Under the pieces are notes generated by a model. It did no database searches, had not been told where the DNA came from, and saw only the letters and a program-made list of their open reading frames with translations. Below are positions 29,484 to 39,528 of a stretch of DNA of 64,000 nt, in pieces (positions within the stretch are counted from its first letter, which is position 1; each line of letters begins with the position of its first letter). Both the position numbers and the translations under genes were made by a program. Source of the DNA: Armatimonadota bacterium (GTDB lineage Bacteria > Bacteroidota > Ignavibacteria > OLB7); contig JADZEY010000108.1 in NCBI GenBank assembly GCA_020850315.1, positions 40,005 to 104,004 on the forward strand. Direction: 5' to 3'.

Positions 29484-30149
29484 GTGGCGCACAGTCATAG
29501 CCATCCCCACGGGCTGGCTCACCAGTTCGATGATCTGAACCAGCAGCACGAATCTGCTTCGCTGGGAATGTGGGCGTTCTTGGTCACCGAAGTGATGTTC
29601 TTCGGCGGCTTGTTCTTAGCCTACACCTTCCTCCGCTGGAAACATCACGACGCAGTGGTGGCAGCCAGCGGCCACCTTGATTGGATACTTGGCGGCGTGA
29701 ATACCGGCGTGCTGCTGATTAGCTCGCTAACAATGGCCATGGCCGTTCATGCGGCCCAAGAAGGAAAGCGGAAGGCAACGGTGAACTTCCTGATCCTCAC
29801 CATGATACTTGGTGCGGTCTTCCTTGGGGTGAAAGCCTTTGAATACTCACACAAGTGGCACGATGGACTCTTCCCAGGGTTCAATTTCCACTGGACTGAA
29901 AACCCAGCTTATGCTGGCGGAGCCGAGATGTTCCTGTTCCTCTACTTCGTGATGACAGGGCTTCACGGGCTTCATATGGTGGTGGGGATTGGTTTGGTGG
30001 CATGGATTATCAAGCGGGCAAACCGGGGGGATTTCACGCCAGAGTACAACATCCCGGTGGAGATCACTGGCTTGTACTGGCACTTTGTGGATATCGTCTG
30101 GATCTTCCTCTATCCGCTGCTCTACCTGATTCAGCCGCCCCATCACTGA
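29484..30149 (+). CDS. ctaE: Cytochrome c oxidase subunit III
   Basis: GMWAFLVTEVMFF, TGLHGLH, GLYWHFVDIVW; GTG start. Confidence 0.95.
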   Translation: MAHSHSHPHGLAHQFDDLNQQHESASLGMWAFLVTEVMFFGGLFLAYTFLRWKHHDAVVAASGHLDWILGGVNTGVLLISSLTMAMAVHAAQEGKRKATVNFLILTMILGAVFLGVKAFEYSHKWHDGLFPGFNFHWTENPAYAGGAEMFLFLYFVMTGLHGLHMVVGIGLVAWIIKRANRGDFTPEYNIPVEITGLYWHFVDIVWIFLYPLLYLIQPPHH

Positions 30150-30263
30150 TGCGCGGCACGCTGCGCACAAACGGAGTTGCTTCCAGATTGAGGTTCCCCC
30201 GATACCAAGAAGACGCGAACAATACCGAAGAAACTTTATCACGCTGAACCGAGAGAGACCGCT

Positions 30264-30581
30264 ATGTCCGGCCATATTGTACCCAAAAAAACCTACTACA
30301 CCATCTTCCTACTGCTGATGGTTCTGCTGGCTGTCACGGTGCTGATTGCCTACTTGGATCTGGATCATGCAACAGGGATTGGGGGACTGAATATCATCGT
30401 CGCACTTTCCATTGCCTTCACCAAAATGATGTTGGTGGTACTCTATTTCATGCACATGAAATGGAGCAGCAAACTGACGTGGGTTTTTGGCGGGGCCAGC
30501 ATCTTGTGGCTGGCAATTATGCTGGTTATCACCCTTGCCGATTACTTCAGCCGTGGCTGGGTGATGTTTACCAATCGGTAG
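30264..30581 (+). CDS. ctaF: Cytochrome c oxidase subunit IV
   Basis: Three TMs, KMMLVVLYFMHMKW motif. Confidence 0.9.
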   Translation: MSGHIVPKKTYYTIFLLLMVLLAVTVLIAYLDLDHATGIGGLNIIVALSIAFTKMMLVVLYFMHMKWSSKLTWVFGGASILWLAIMLVITLADYFSRGWVMFTNR

Positions 30582-30632
30582 GCTTCTCCTCCACACACAC
30601 TCTCTCCCTTTTTCTCTCTCAATAAATAATCA

Positions 30633-30671
30633 AAACCGCCTTGCTGAAAATTCTCTTCAGCAAGGCGGTTT
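30633..30671. terminator. Bidirectional terminator
   Basis: AAACCGCCTTGCTGAA-AATTCTC-TTCAGCAAGGCGGTTT followed by an AT-rich tail. Confidence 0.8.
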
Positions 30672-30694
30672 ATTTATTCCGGAAATGAAATCCC

Positions 30695-33454
30695 TCACCG
30701 GAACGAATACGATAACCGCCCCAACACTAACCGCCCGATTGGCGCGGCCCCCACAAACTCGCTGTGGCGTTGGCTGAATGGGCTTTCGTCGCTCCCTTCA
30801 ACAAAGGTCAGAAGGTTTTGTGCTGTTAGCGTGGCCTTCAATCCTTCCACCCAGGGGAGCTCATAATCAATGTTTAGATCCATCACGGAATATCCCGGAA
30901 CCCTCCCCAAATAGACACCGCTGTTCACCTCGAATCCATCCACATGGCGGAAGAGCGAGCGGATGCTGAACCCAAGCTCGGGGTTGCGGTATTCGGCACC
31001 AACCGAGAATTTGAATTTCGGTGCGTTCAACGATAAATCGGCCACACCATCAAGGTTGCGGAAGAAATTTTTATCCACGTAGGAAACGCTTCCGTTCAAG
31101 GCCAACCCTTCGGCCACGCCAACTTGCAATCCCAGATCGTAGCCGTACACGGTGATGTTCCCATAATTGCGGTAGGTGAGATAGACCGCCGTGGGGTCGT
31201 TTACCTCGGTTGGAGTAACCGTCCCGACCGGAACGCCACGCAGAACGGTATCCCCAAGAATGCCGGACACTTGCGGAGCAAAGGAGGCCGCCAGCAGCTT
31301 CGCTTGCGCCTCAGGAAGTCCTCCGCCAACAAACACCTGTGTCAAGTAACCTTCCAGCGATTGCCGCTCCAGAAACACCGTTGGCGTAATCACTTGCAGC
31401 GGGCCAACAAAATCGGTGTAGTTGGATCGGTACAGATCCAAGTTGATGGCCACGCGGTCGGCCAGAACACCGTTGTAGCCAAGCTCGATGGTGGAGGTAA
31501 GCGTTGGCTTGGTGGGTATTCGGTTGGCAATGCTTTTGGGGTCGAAACTGACAAACGTTCCGTTGGCTGGGTTCACTGCCCGAAGCTCCGTTTTGACCGC
31601 CCCGGCTGGCGGTGCCGGAATCTGGCGGATCACCGACTGCACAGCAGTGTCGGGAAAATTGGCAACCAACACTTGCTTCAGCCCTTCCCAAATCGCACCA
31701 ACATCGGTCGAGGATAGCCCCTTCGAGGGGTCGGCAAGGAATGAGTGCATGATCGGGTTTCCCGCTGCATCAAAAGCAAAATTGTACCCCGATTGCGGGA
31801 CCCCGGCTGCACGCACATTGAACAACTGGGTGCGTGCGGCGATGATGTCCAGAAAAAGCTCGCTGGTGCTGGGCGAGGAATAGGCTTGGTTGTAGGTGAA
31901 CCGGAAGGTCTGGTCTTTCAGCGGAGTGAACACCAACGCTGCACGAGGTGAGATGACGGGATCATCCAAACGGCTGTGTTTGTCGAATCGCCCGGCAACG
32001 GTCAAATCCAACATCTCCGGTATCAGTTTGGTTTCCGATTGCAGGTAGATGCCGAACTCGGTGATGTTGTCATCCCCCTCGTTCCGTCCGTTCACGGTTG
32101 AATCAGTAATTGGGTTCGTGAGTTGCAGGTCGGCTCCGTAGGTAAGCCGCTGGATGTCGGCAATTTGGTAGGAGTGTTGCAGCTGTGTCACGAACAGGGT
32201 GGAACGGTCAACGATTGGCGCGCCAGTGCGAAGCAGATACGATTCGCCGGCATCGCTTTGGTTCAGGAATGATTGGAAGAACAGGTCTTTGTACAATGCC
32301 CGTAATTGGTAGTAGCTGTATCGCCAGTTTTTGGCTTGGGCTGCCCCGATGCCGGTCACGTCGGTGTTGTTGATTGCTTGGTTCAGTCCGGCTGCAAAAA
32401 TCAGTGTGAGGTCATCAATCGGCATGTAATCCAGCCGAAGCTCGCCGCCAATCCGTTCGATGGTGCTGTCGCGAAGTCCAATTTTCAACGTGTCGGGGTT
32501 CACTCCACGGTTGTTGGTGTCGGCAAGGAACAGGGCGCGTGCGGATGCTTCGGCGGTGTCGGTGTATCCCCAATCCTCCCCCCGCATGTATTGCCCAGAA
32601 ATTTTGTAGCCGAAATTATCCCCCAACGTCCCCGCATGGCGCAGCGTCCCCTGGAACACGCTCCGCTCGCCAGCAGTGAGTGAGATGGAGGTCCCGGCAG
32701 AAGAGAACGGAGAGCGGGTGATGGTGTGGAACACTCCGTTTGCGGCGTTGGGGCCGTACAGTGCCGATGCCGGACCACGGATGATCTCAAGCTGCTGGAT
32801 GTCGTCGTTGACAAGGGGAATAAAGTTGTAGGTGTTTGCCCGAAGCGACGGAACCCCAGCAATGCGGTTGTCGGTCAGCACCGTCAGCGCGCCGCTGAAT
32901 GCGTTATTGAACCCGCGAAGCACGGTGTTGCTTTGCACCAGCCCCGACTGCACGATGTCCACCCCGGGAACCCCTTTGATATGCTCGATAGAGGTCAGCG
33001 ATGGCCGTTCCTGAATCTGCCTCGCCCCCACCACTGAGACCGATGCCGGAGCCGATGTCGCTTTCTCCGGACGGCGCGATGCCGAGACCACTACCTCATT
33101 GTTGCTGATGGTTTTCTGCGCCAGCGCGGCGTTCAGCAATGTTGCCTCCCCAGGCTTCACCTCCACCTCCTGCTGGAATGCTGCGTAGCTGAGAAACGTG
33201 ATGACCGCGTTGTACTTCCCTGCCGTCACCGACTTCACGGTGAAGTAGCCGTCGGGGCCGCTGATGGCTCCGATTTGGCGCGCCCCCACCCCATCGCTTC
33301 TGGAAAGGCGAATGGTTGCGCCGGAAAGCGGCTTCCCCGACTCAGCATCGGTGACGCGCCCCGTAAGCGAGCCAGTTTGCGCGGCAATTTCAGCGCAGCA
33401 AAGAAGCGCGAACAGGAAGGAAAGAATGAGCGCATGGCGAACTGGAGACTTCAT
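30695..33454 (-). CDS. TonB-dependent receptor with N-terminal carboxypeptidase-regulatory-like domain
   Basis: Start ATG 33454 (MKSPVRH); NEVVVSASRR, plug LEIIRGPASALYGPNA, C-terminal LSYSFR. Confidence 0.93.
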   Translation of the reverse strand: MKSPVRHALILSFLFALLCCAEIAAQTGSLTGRVTDAESGKPLSGATIRLSRSDGVGARQIGAISGPDGYFTVKSVTAGKYNAVITFLSYAAFQQEVEVKPGEATLLNAALAQKTISNNEVVVSASRRPEKATSAPASVSVVGARQIQERPSLTSIEHIKGVPGVDIVQSGLVQSNTVLRGFNNAFSGALTVLTDNRIAGVPSLRANTYNFIPLVNDDIQQLEIIRGPASALYGPNAANGVFHTITRSPFSSAGTSISLTAGERSVFQGTLRHAGTLGDNFGYKISGQYMRGEDWGYTDTAEASARALFLADTNNRGVNPDTLKIGLRDSTIERIGGELRLDYMPIDDLTLIFAAGLNQAINNTDVTGIGAAQAKNWRYSYYQLRALYKDLFFQSFLNQSDAGESYLLRTGAPIVDRSTLFVTQLQHSYQIADIQRLTYGADLQLTNPITDSTVNGRNEGDDNITEFGIYLQSETKLIPEMLDLTVAGRFDKHSRLDDPVISPRAALVFTPLKDQTFRFTYNQAYSSPSTSELFLDIIAARTQLFNVRAAGVPQSGYNFAFDAAGNPIMHSFLADPSKGLSSTDVGAIWEGLKQVLVANFPDTAVQSVIRQIPAPPAGAVKTELRAVNPANGTFVSFDPKSIANRIPTKPTLTSTIELGYNGVLADRVAINLDLYRSNYTDFVGPLQVITPTVFLERQSLEGYLTQVFVGGGLPEAQAKLLAASFAPQVSGILGDTVLRGVPVGTVTPTEVNDPTAVYLTYRNYGNITVYGYDLGLQVGVAEGLALNGSVSYVDKNFFRNLDGVADLSLNAPKFKFSVGAEYRNPELGFSIRSLFRHVDGFEVNSGVYLGRVPGYSVMDLNIDYELPWVEGLKATLTAQNLLTFVEGSDESPFSQRHSEFVGAAPIGRLVLGRLSYSFR

Positions 33455-33669
33455 GCAGAACCCCCTACTGATTACGTGATGGTTGGTGTTAGTAAAGCGT
33501 TCCCGGAAGGGATAGATATGATGACGTGAACGAAGAAACCGCTGCGGCAAACCATCGGCGATATCTACTGTTGAACGTAATTTATGGACATGGAAGAATC
33601 CCCGCGCCAGTGGCAGAAAATAACAACCCATGTGATGCAGCAATCCACCACTATTTTCCTCACTTTTTG

Positions 33670-34761
33670 ATGAAGATTCTGTTTGATGTCACCCCACTGA
33701 TGCGCCAGGGATTAACTGGGGTTGGGGTCTATGCCGCAAACCTGTTGCAGGGGTTGTTGCAGTATCAGGACGTTCACCTGCGTCCCGTCTGGAAAGCCAG
33801 CCGATTCCGGCAACGCCGATTGCTGCGCCACCACGTTCAGCTTCGGACCTCACCCTATCTTCCACTCATTTCTGATGTAAACATTCGCGGGTATGATCTA
33901 TTTCACGGTCCCGATTTTAAGATTCCCCGGCAAGGGCGATTTAAGAAGGTTGTCACCGTGCATGATTTGGGGGTCTATCAACACGGTTTGCTGGACGAAC
34001 GGTTTGCTGCCGAAGGGCAGGTGAAGCTGGAGACGATGCTCTTCGGCTGCCGTCCTGATAGAATAATCACCGTTTCCAAGTTCACCCGGAACGCGCTGGT
34101 TGAGCGGTTCCCGCAGCTTGAAGCGATCACACACGCAATTCCGTTGGGGGTGAACCCGTTGCTGTTCCCTGCCGATCAGAACCTCACTCTGGAGGCTTCT
34201 TCTTTCACCCCTTCTGCGCCGCCGTATCTGCTGTTTGTTGGGGCTGTTGAACGGCGAAAGAACCTTCGCAACATCATCAAAGCAATGGAGTTGTTGATAG
34301 ATCGTGGGGAGAATCTTGAGCTGAAAATTGTTGGTGGCGATGGATATGGTGCCCAGGAGATCAACCAACAGATTCGGGAATCGCGGCATGGGGGGCGAAT
34401 CGTTCGGAGCGGTTTTGTGAGCAGCAGAGATCTGTCGGAACTCTATCAGGGCGCGGTGGGATTCCTCTATCCATCACTCTATGAAGGCTTCGGTTTGCCG
34501 ATCCTTGAAGCAATGTCCGCAGGATGCCCGGTGATTACCAGCAACTGCGGCGCGATGCTGGAGGTCAGCGGCAACGCCGCGCTTCATGCCGACCCCACCA
34601 GCCCCGAATCAATCGCCGCACAAATAACGATGCTGTTGCAACAAAGCGGCCTGCGGGAAACGCTGGTAAGTGCCGGGAAAGCCCACGCCGCTTGCTTCGG
34701 GTGGGACCGGTGCGTTGCCGAGACGGTGAAGGTTTATCAGGAGGCGATGAGGAATACATAG
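33670..34761 (+). CDS. Glycosyltransferase family 4
   Basis: MKILFDV..TGVGVY, VGAVERRKNL, YPSLYEGFGLPILEAMSAGCPVI. Confidence 0.93.
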   Translation: MKILFDVTPLMRQGLTGVGVYAANLLQGLLQYQDVHLRPVWKASRFRQRRLLRHHVQLRTSPYLPLISDVNIRGYDLFHGPDFKIPRQGRFKKVVTVHDLGVYQHGLLDERFAAEGQVKLETMLFGCRPDRIITVSKFTRNALVERFPQLEAITHAIPLGVNPLLFPADQNLTLEASSFTPSAPPYLLFVGAVERRKNLRNIIKAMELLIDRGENLELKIVGGDGYGAQEINQQIRESRHGGRIVRSGFVSSRDLSELYQGAVGFLYPSLYEGFGLPILEAMSAGCPVITSNCGAMLEVSGNAALHADPTSPESIAAQITMLLQQSGLRETLVSAGKAHAACFGWDRCVAETVKVYQEAMRNT

Positions 34762-34794
34762 AACTTGGAAGGAGGCTCACTTCCAAGTTCTATG
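34757..34794. terminator. Hairpin between convergent genes
   Basis: CATAGAACTTGGAAG-GAGGCTCA-CTTCCAAGTTCTATG, perfect 15-bp stem. Confidence 0.65.
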
Positions 34795-34814
34795 ATCGCT
34801 CATCTCTGAAGTAT

Positions 34815-35399
34815 TTATCCTCTTGACCGCTCAACCAGAACCATCATCATCAGGCCCATCAGCGAGCGGAGTTCTTCTTCGGGGGGCATCTCGGTCAACT
34901 GCTCGATGTTGAATTTCCCTTCAAAGAATGCTGGTTGTTTTTTGATTCGGATCAACTCCGTGCCATTGGTGCTGCAAAGGATGTAGGAAGGATGGAAGAG
35001 ATAGCCGGTGAACATCCCCACGATTGGAAGTTCACCCAGAAAGGCATCGAAGAATTTTGCCCACGGGTTTTCTTCCTTGATATTCATCACCTCGGCAGTG
35101 CCGTCGTTGATTTTGTAGGATGCCTTCCAGAGCGATTTGCGCCCTTCGCGTTGGATGAATCCAATCGGCGTTCCATCGGCATTGCGGAAGTGATATTTGG
35201 CGGACCAATCGAAGACGCGGTCGGCATTGATTTTGTAGAGTGGTTCGGTCATTGCTTCGTCGGCAAATACCGTCACGTCCTCTTTCAGCTTAAAGGCTTT
35301 TTGTTTTACGAAGCAGATCAGTGTCCCGTCCGCATCGGTGACGCGCATCTTCTGCGATAGCGCGACCACCTTGAACGAGAGTTGCAGTGGATACTTCAT
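34815..35399 (-). CDS. Hypothetical protein, LURP-one/scramblase-like
   Basis: VKQKAFKLKEDVTVF...FDWSAKYHF...GRKSLWKASY pattern. Confidence 0.7.
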   Translation of the reverse strand: MKYPLQLSFKVVALSQKMRVTDADGTLICFVKQKAFKLKEDVTVFADEAMTEPLYKINADRVFDWSAKYHFRNADGTPIGFIQREGRKSLWKASYKINDGTAEVMNIKEENPWAKFFDAFLGELPIVGMFTGYLFHPSYILCSTNGTELIRIKKQPAFFEGKFNIEQLTEMPPEEELRSLMGLMMMVLVERSRG

Positions 35400-35555
35400 T
35401 GTGATGTTGTTGTGTGTGTTCCCTTCCCGCGAAACTGGCGGCCAAAATACAACAGGGAAGCCATTGCCGGTTCTTCTTTTGTCGCACCAGTTCCACGCTG
35501 AGCAATACCCACACTAATGACTCGGGTGAAATGAGATTGCGAACATCCATCTTCC

Positions 35556-35780
35556 GCCCTGAAGGGGCAGCATACGTCAGCCCAGGGCAACGCCCTGGGA
35601 ACACAGTTCCCCCACGACCTCAACGCCCTGAAGGGGCAATTCAACACGCCGTTGTAGCCCATGTTCATCACATGGTGGTGGTGGTGATATTGTTGTGCCG
35701 CCCTTTCAGGGCTTGGGATATTGTTGGTTTGGGCAACCCAGGGCGTTGCCCTGGGCTATGGTAGCCTGCCCCGTTGGGGC
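35556..35780. repeat. Nested inverted REP/BIME-like palindrome cluster
   Basis: GCCCTGAAGGGGC (35556, 35625) and inverted variants (35700, 35768); AGCCCAGGGCAACGCCCTGGG (35579-35599) and its exact reverse complement (35737-35757). Confidence 0.75.
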
Positions 35781-35966
35781 GTGGAGAGTGATGGTGTTGC
35801 CGTTGCTGTGGGCATCCCGATTCTGTCGGGGCCAAGCGCATCCATCAGGCACGACTCAATAGAGCATCTCGCAATCTCAATGCACCCGAGTATATCTACC
35901 AGGCACAGTGATAGTGTTAATGGTGAAACAAGGCATGGCACCGGAAGGTGTACTCCCAAGTGCAAG

Positions 35967-36004
35967 AAGGATGGGATGGTTTGCGTCTTGTGTGCTTCCC
36001 GTTC
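35967..36004 (+). repeat. 38-bp direct repeat, copy 1
   Basis: AAGGATGGGATGGTTTGCGTCTTGTGTGCTTCCCGTTC; 35/38 identical to 36629-36666. Confidence 0.8.
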
Positions 36005-36130
36005 CCGACATCCAACGCTGTCGCAACGCCGCTACGTCCGCAGGGTTGTCTATGCCGACGCGATTGAGATTTAACAAGAGAGTGTTCAACGCACCCTACA
36101 CCTTATTGATAGTATGGAGGTATCGGCGAT

Positions 36131-36601
36131 ATGCAGATTGCACGTTCTTCTACCCTTGTTCTCAGGGGGTATTCTCCAAATCTTGCTCTTCCCCTTGTAA
36201 GGATGTGGCGAACCTCGTTCGAACAGGCAGTGGGGGTGGTGGACCCTCATTCCCTTGAAGAACAACTTGAGTATCTGCGGACGGCTCTGCTCCCCCGCTA
36301 TCAGGTGCAGATAGTGGTGGACACCGCCTCCGGTAATGTTGTGGGCTTCATCGCTGCCAACAGCGAAATCGTTGCGCAGTTGTACGTTCACCCTGAGTAC
36401 CAACGGAAAGGGATTGGATCGTGGCTTATCAATGTTGCCAAAGAGCAATCCAACGGACGGCTGCGGTTGTTCACGTTCAAGGTCAACGCCAAAGCCCAAC
36501 AATTCTACCAGCGCCATGGTTTTAAGGTGGTTGGAGAAGGGTTTGAAGAGATGTGGCAGTTGGAAAATTTGGAGTATGAATGGGTGAGAGAGCCTGAGTA
36601 G
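36131..36601 (+). CDS. GNAT family N-acetyltransferase
   Basis: QLYVHPEYQRKGIG acetyl-CoA motif A, NAKAQQFYQRHGF. Confidence 0.9.
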   Translation: MQIARSSTLVLRGYSPNLALPLVRMWRTSFEQAVGVVDPHSLEEQLEYLRTALLPRYQVQIVVDTASGNVVGFIAANSEIVAQLYVHPEYQRKGIGSWLINVAKEQSNGRLRLFTFKVNAKAQQFYQRHGFKVVGEGFEEMWQLENLEYEWVREPE

Positions 36602-36628
36602 GAGAGACCGAATCAGAGACAGAAGCAA

Positions 36629-36666
36629 AAGGATGGGATGGTTTGTGTCTTGTATGGTTCCCGTTC
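36629..36666 (+). repeat. 38-bp direct repeat, copy 2
   Basis: AAGGATGGGATGGTTTGTGTCTTGTATGGTTCCCGTTC. Confidence 0.8.
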
Positions 36667-36728
36667 TCTCTGCATTTTCTCCGCCGATTCTTCCTGCTTC
36701 TTCCACTCCATTGTTTGCACAACATACC

Positions 36729-39500
36729 ATGAACTATCTCTACGCTCTGTTGATGTTGATGATGCTGGAAGCATCATTCCTTGCTGCACAAACGCCCTCC
36801 ATCTACACGATTCATCCTCGGCCAAAATTTGCGTTCCCTGTTGATGGGATCTTTGCGTTACACCAACGCCCCTCCATTGTTCAGTTCGGTGACGATGCCA
36901 CAACGGTTGCCACTGTTGCTTGGCTTCAACAGGAATTACGCAAACGGTGGGGAGATACGCTGGTGGTGATTACGCCAGAACGCTTTCAAGATAATCCCAC
37001 AACCCCAGCGGTGTTGTTGGGGAAGCTGATCCCTGCCCATCGCCTTCTTTGGAATGCAGCCATCGACACGGGAAGATTCCATGAGGGACCTACGGTTGAA
37101 GGCTATCTGCTTCATGTTCGGCCAACACAGATCATTGTTGGCGGGTCTGATGACCCCGGGTTACGGTATGGCGTTGCCACGTTGCTGCAACTGTTGGATG
37201 ATAGAACCGCTTCGTTCAGTTGCGGCAGTGTGTGGGATAAACCCGATTACCCCATCCGGTGGGTTTTCAGCACCCACAACCTTCGGGGGAATGGAGCAAT
37301 CACAACGCTAACCAGCATTCTGGATACGATGGCGGCCTACAAGCTGAACGGAATCCAGCAGAACGATTTCAAATACGCAATCCTTGACCAACAGCCAGAT
37401 TTCTACTTCGATAGCGTTGCACGGTTCAGGGCCCTTACCGCTGCACGTGGGATTGATGTTATCCCAGGGGTAGCGGGCATTGGGTGGTCCAGCGGTTTGC
37501 TGTTCCACGCGCCCAATATTGCCGAGGGGTTTCCGGCAAACGCCCGCTATGTGATGGATGCCGACACCGCGCGCTTGATCGCTGACGATAGAGTGGCAAT
37601 CCCCAATGGTGGATTCGAAAACACCGACGCAAAAGGGAAGCTAACGGGGTGGGGATTCTACGACGGACAGTCCAACGACACCAACGTGGCGATTGATAAC
37701 GCTATCTACCACGGCGGAGCGCAAAGCGTCCGTTGCAGCAACTTCCGCACTGGCGACCAAGCCCAAAGCGGCAACTGCCGTTTCTACCGCAACGTTGATT
37801 GCCAACCCTACCGCCATTATTTGATGACCGCATGGGTCCGTACCGAAAACCTGAGCTGCGATGAGGTTCGGTTGCTGGCGATTGGAAGCGACGGCAACAA
37901 CCGCACGCGCACGCTGACCTTCACCGCGTTCGGACTGCCGGCAACAACAAACGGTTGGCGCAAAATTGAGGTGGCGTTCAACACTCTAGAGTTCGATCAT
38001 GTTGGGCTGTACATCGGTGTTTGGGGTGGGCGTTCCGGCACGGTTTGGTTCGATGATTTCCAGATTAGCGACGGCGGGCTAACCAACGTGCTGCGGCGCG
38101 CTGGTGCGCCGCTCTGGATTGGCAACGCCAGCACCGGGAAAGCATATGTGGAAGGGATTGATGTTGCGCCAATCCACGACGCTGTGATGGAGGCAAACCA
38201 CGGCGAGTACGGCCCATATCGCCCCGCCCCAACCGTGCGGCGGATTGCAACCGGAGCAATGCACAATGGCGACACAGTGGAGATCAGGTTTCATCACCCT
38301 TTAACCACTGTTGGCAACGAAGATGGGAGCGGCTCGGTGATGGTCTGCGTGTCGGAAGATTCGCTGTACGCGCTTCTGCGCGACCAAATCACGCGGGTGA
38401 GCAACCTCTATTCCCCCGCTAATTTCTTCATGGGGCATGATGAAATCCGTTCGCTTGGGCGCGATTCGGCGTGCCTGCGTCGCGGACTTTCCGCCGCCGA
38501 TTTGTTGGCCGATAACGTCAATCGCTGCGTCCAGATTATTAGTGCTGTTCGCCCGGCAGCCAGAACGTTTGTCTGGAGCGATATGTTCGACTCGCTTCAC
38601 AACGCCCATGCTGATTACTACCTGATAAATGGCGACCTGAGCGGAGTGTGGGGGAAACTTCCGAAGGGAACTACTATCGTGAATTGGAATGGAGGGGAGC
38701 GGGAGAAGAGCCTTCAGTTCTTCCAGAAATTACGGTTCCAGCAAGTGGTCGCACCGTACTACGACACCCGCAACACCACGAACATTCGTGCTTGGCGGCT
38801 GGCAATCGAAGGGAAGCAGCAGGTTGATGGAATGATGTACACCACGTGGGCGGAAGATTACTCCATGCTCCGTCAGTTTGCCTACTACGCTTGGGGTGCT
38901 GGGCCGTATATCGTCCACAAGCCAGTAACGGTTAGCCCCGATTCCCTTCCCAAGCCAACCGACACGATTACCTTCACTGCCCAGATTTTCCCTGATCCGT
39001 ATGATCCCTCCGATAGGATTGATACGGCGTGGGTGCAGTGGTATAGTGGCGCAGGAGGGTTGCCTTTTGGGAGGGCAATTCCATTAACCCCCAAGGGCAA
39101 TAACGAATGGAGTAACAACTTTGATGACCTTGCAGAAACCAAGGGGAATTTCATATACCAAATTTTTGCGCGCAATCGCCAGGGAATTGAGCGCGTTACT
39201 CCACGATTGATCGTCAATCAGGGAGTAAGTGGTGTTGAAGCGCGCTCTTTGGTTCCGCTTCGGTTGCGGCTACACCCCAACCCCGCAACCGATGGGGTAA
39301 CCGCACAATTCACCGCACTGTCTGGCGGGTGGAGATTGGAGGTGGTAGATCTGCTGGGGAATGTGACTTGGGAAAAAATTGGGGAAGAAGGCGAGGGGCA
39401 AACCACGATCCCAGTTCATCAATTTGCACCAGGCGCGTACCGGTGTGTGCTTACTACTCAGCAGGGGAGAACATCCCACGGAATGGTGGTGATGCGGTAG
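36729..39500 (+). CDS. GH20-like glycoside hydrolase with inserted CBM4/9-like module and T9SS CTD
   Basis: Start ATG 36729; EGYLLHV...GLRYGVATLLQL and DKPDYPIRW (GH20 domain 2); MGHDEIR catalytic DE pair; IPNGGFE...LTGW CBM-like; LHPNPA...GAYRCVL CTD. Confidence 0.75.
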   Translation: MNYLYALLMLMMLEASFLAAQTPSIYTIHPRPKFAFPVDGIFALHQRPSIVQFGDDATTVATVAWLQQELRKRWGDTLVVITPERFQDNPTTPAVLLGKLIPAHRLLWNAAIDTGRFHEGPTVEGYLLHVRPTQIIVGGSDDPGLRYGVATLLQLLDDRTASFSCGSVWDKPDYPIRWVFSTHNLRGNGAITTLTSILDTMAAYKLNGIQQNDFKYAILDQQPDFYFDSVARFRALTAARGIDVIPGVAGIGWSSGLLFHAPNIAEGFPANARYVMDADTARLIADDRVAIPNGGFENTDAKGKLTGWGFYDGQSNDTNVAIDNAIYHGGAQSVRCSNFRTGDQAQSGNCRFYRNVDCQPYRHYLMTAWVRTENLSCDEVRLLAIGSDGNNRTRTLTFTAFGLPATTNGWRKIEVAFNTLEFDHVGLYIGVWGGRSGTVWFDDFQISDGGLTNVLRRAGAPLWIGNASTGKAYVEGIDVAPIHDAVMEANHGEYGPYRPAPTVRRIATGAMHNGDTVEIRFHHPLTTVGNEDGSGSVMVCVSEDSLYALLRDQITRVSNLYSPANFFMGHDEIRSLGRDSACLRRGLSAADLLADNVNRCVQIISAVRPAARTFVWSDMFDSLHNAHADYYLINGDLSGVWGKLPKGTTIVNWNGGEREKSLQFFQKLRFQQVVAPYYDTRNTTNIRAWRLAIEGKQQVDGMMYTTWAEDYSMLRQFAYYAWGAGPYIVHKPVTVSPDSLPKPTDTITFTAQIFPDPYDPSDRIDTAWVQWYSGAGGLPFGRAIPLTPKGNNEWSNNFDDLAETKGNFIYQIFARNRQGIERVTPRLIVNQGVSGVEARSLVPLRLRLHPNPATDGVTAQFTALSGGWRLEVVDLLGNVTWEKIGEEGEGQTTIPVHQFAPGAYRCVLTTQQGRTSHGMVVMR

Positions 39501-39528
39501 TGTGCCGCGTCACGCTGATCAAAAAACT

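Noticed and set aside
35967-36666. Integron cassette interpretation of the repeat-flanked GNAT gene
   Set aside because: Repeats are direct, lack the RYYYAAC...GTTRRRY inverted attC architecture, and no integrase is present.
36086-36730. 214-aa minus-strand ORF
   Set aside because: Antisense to the GNAT gene with no recognisable motif.
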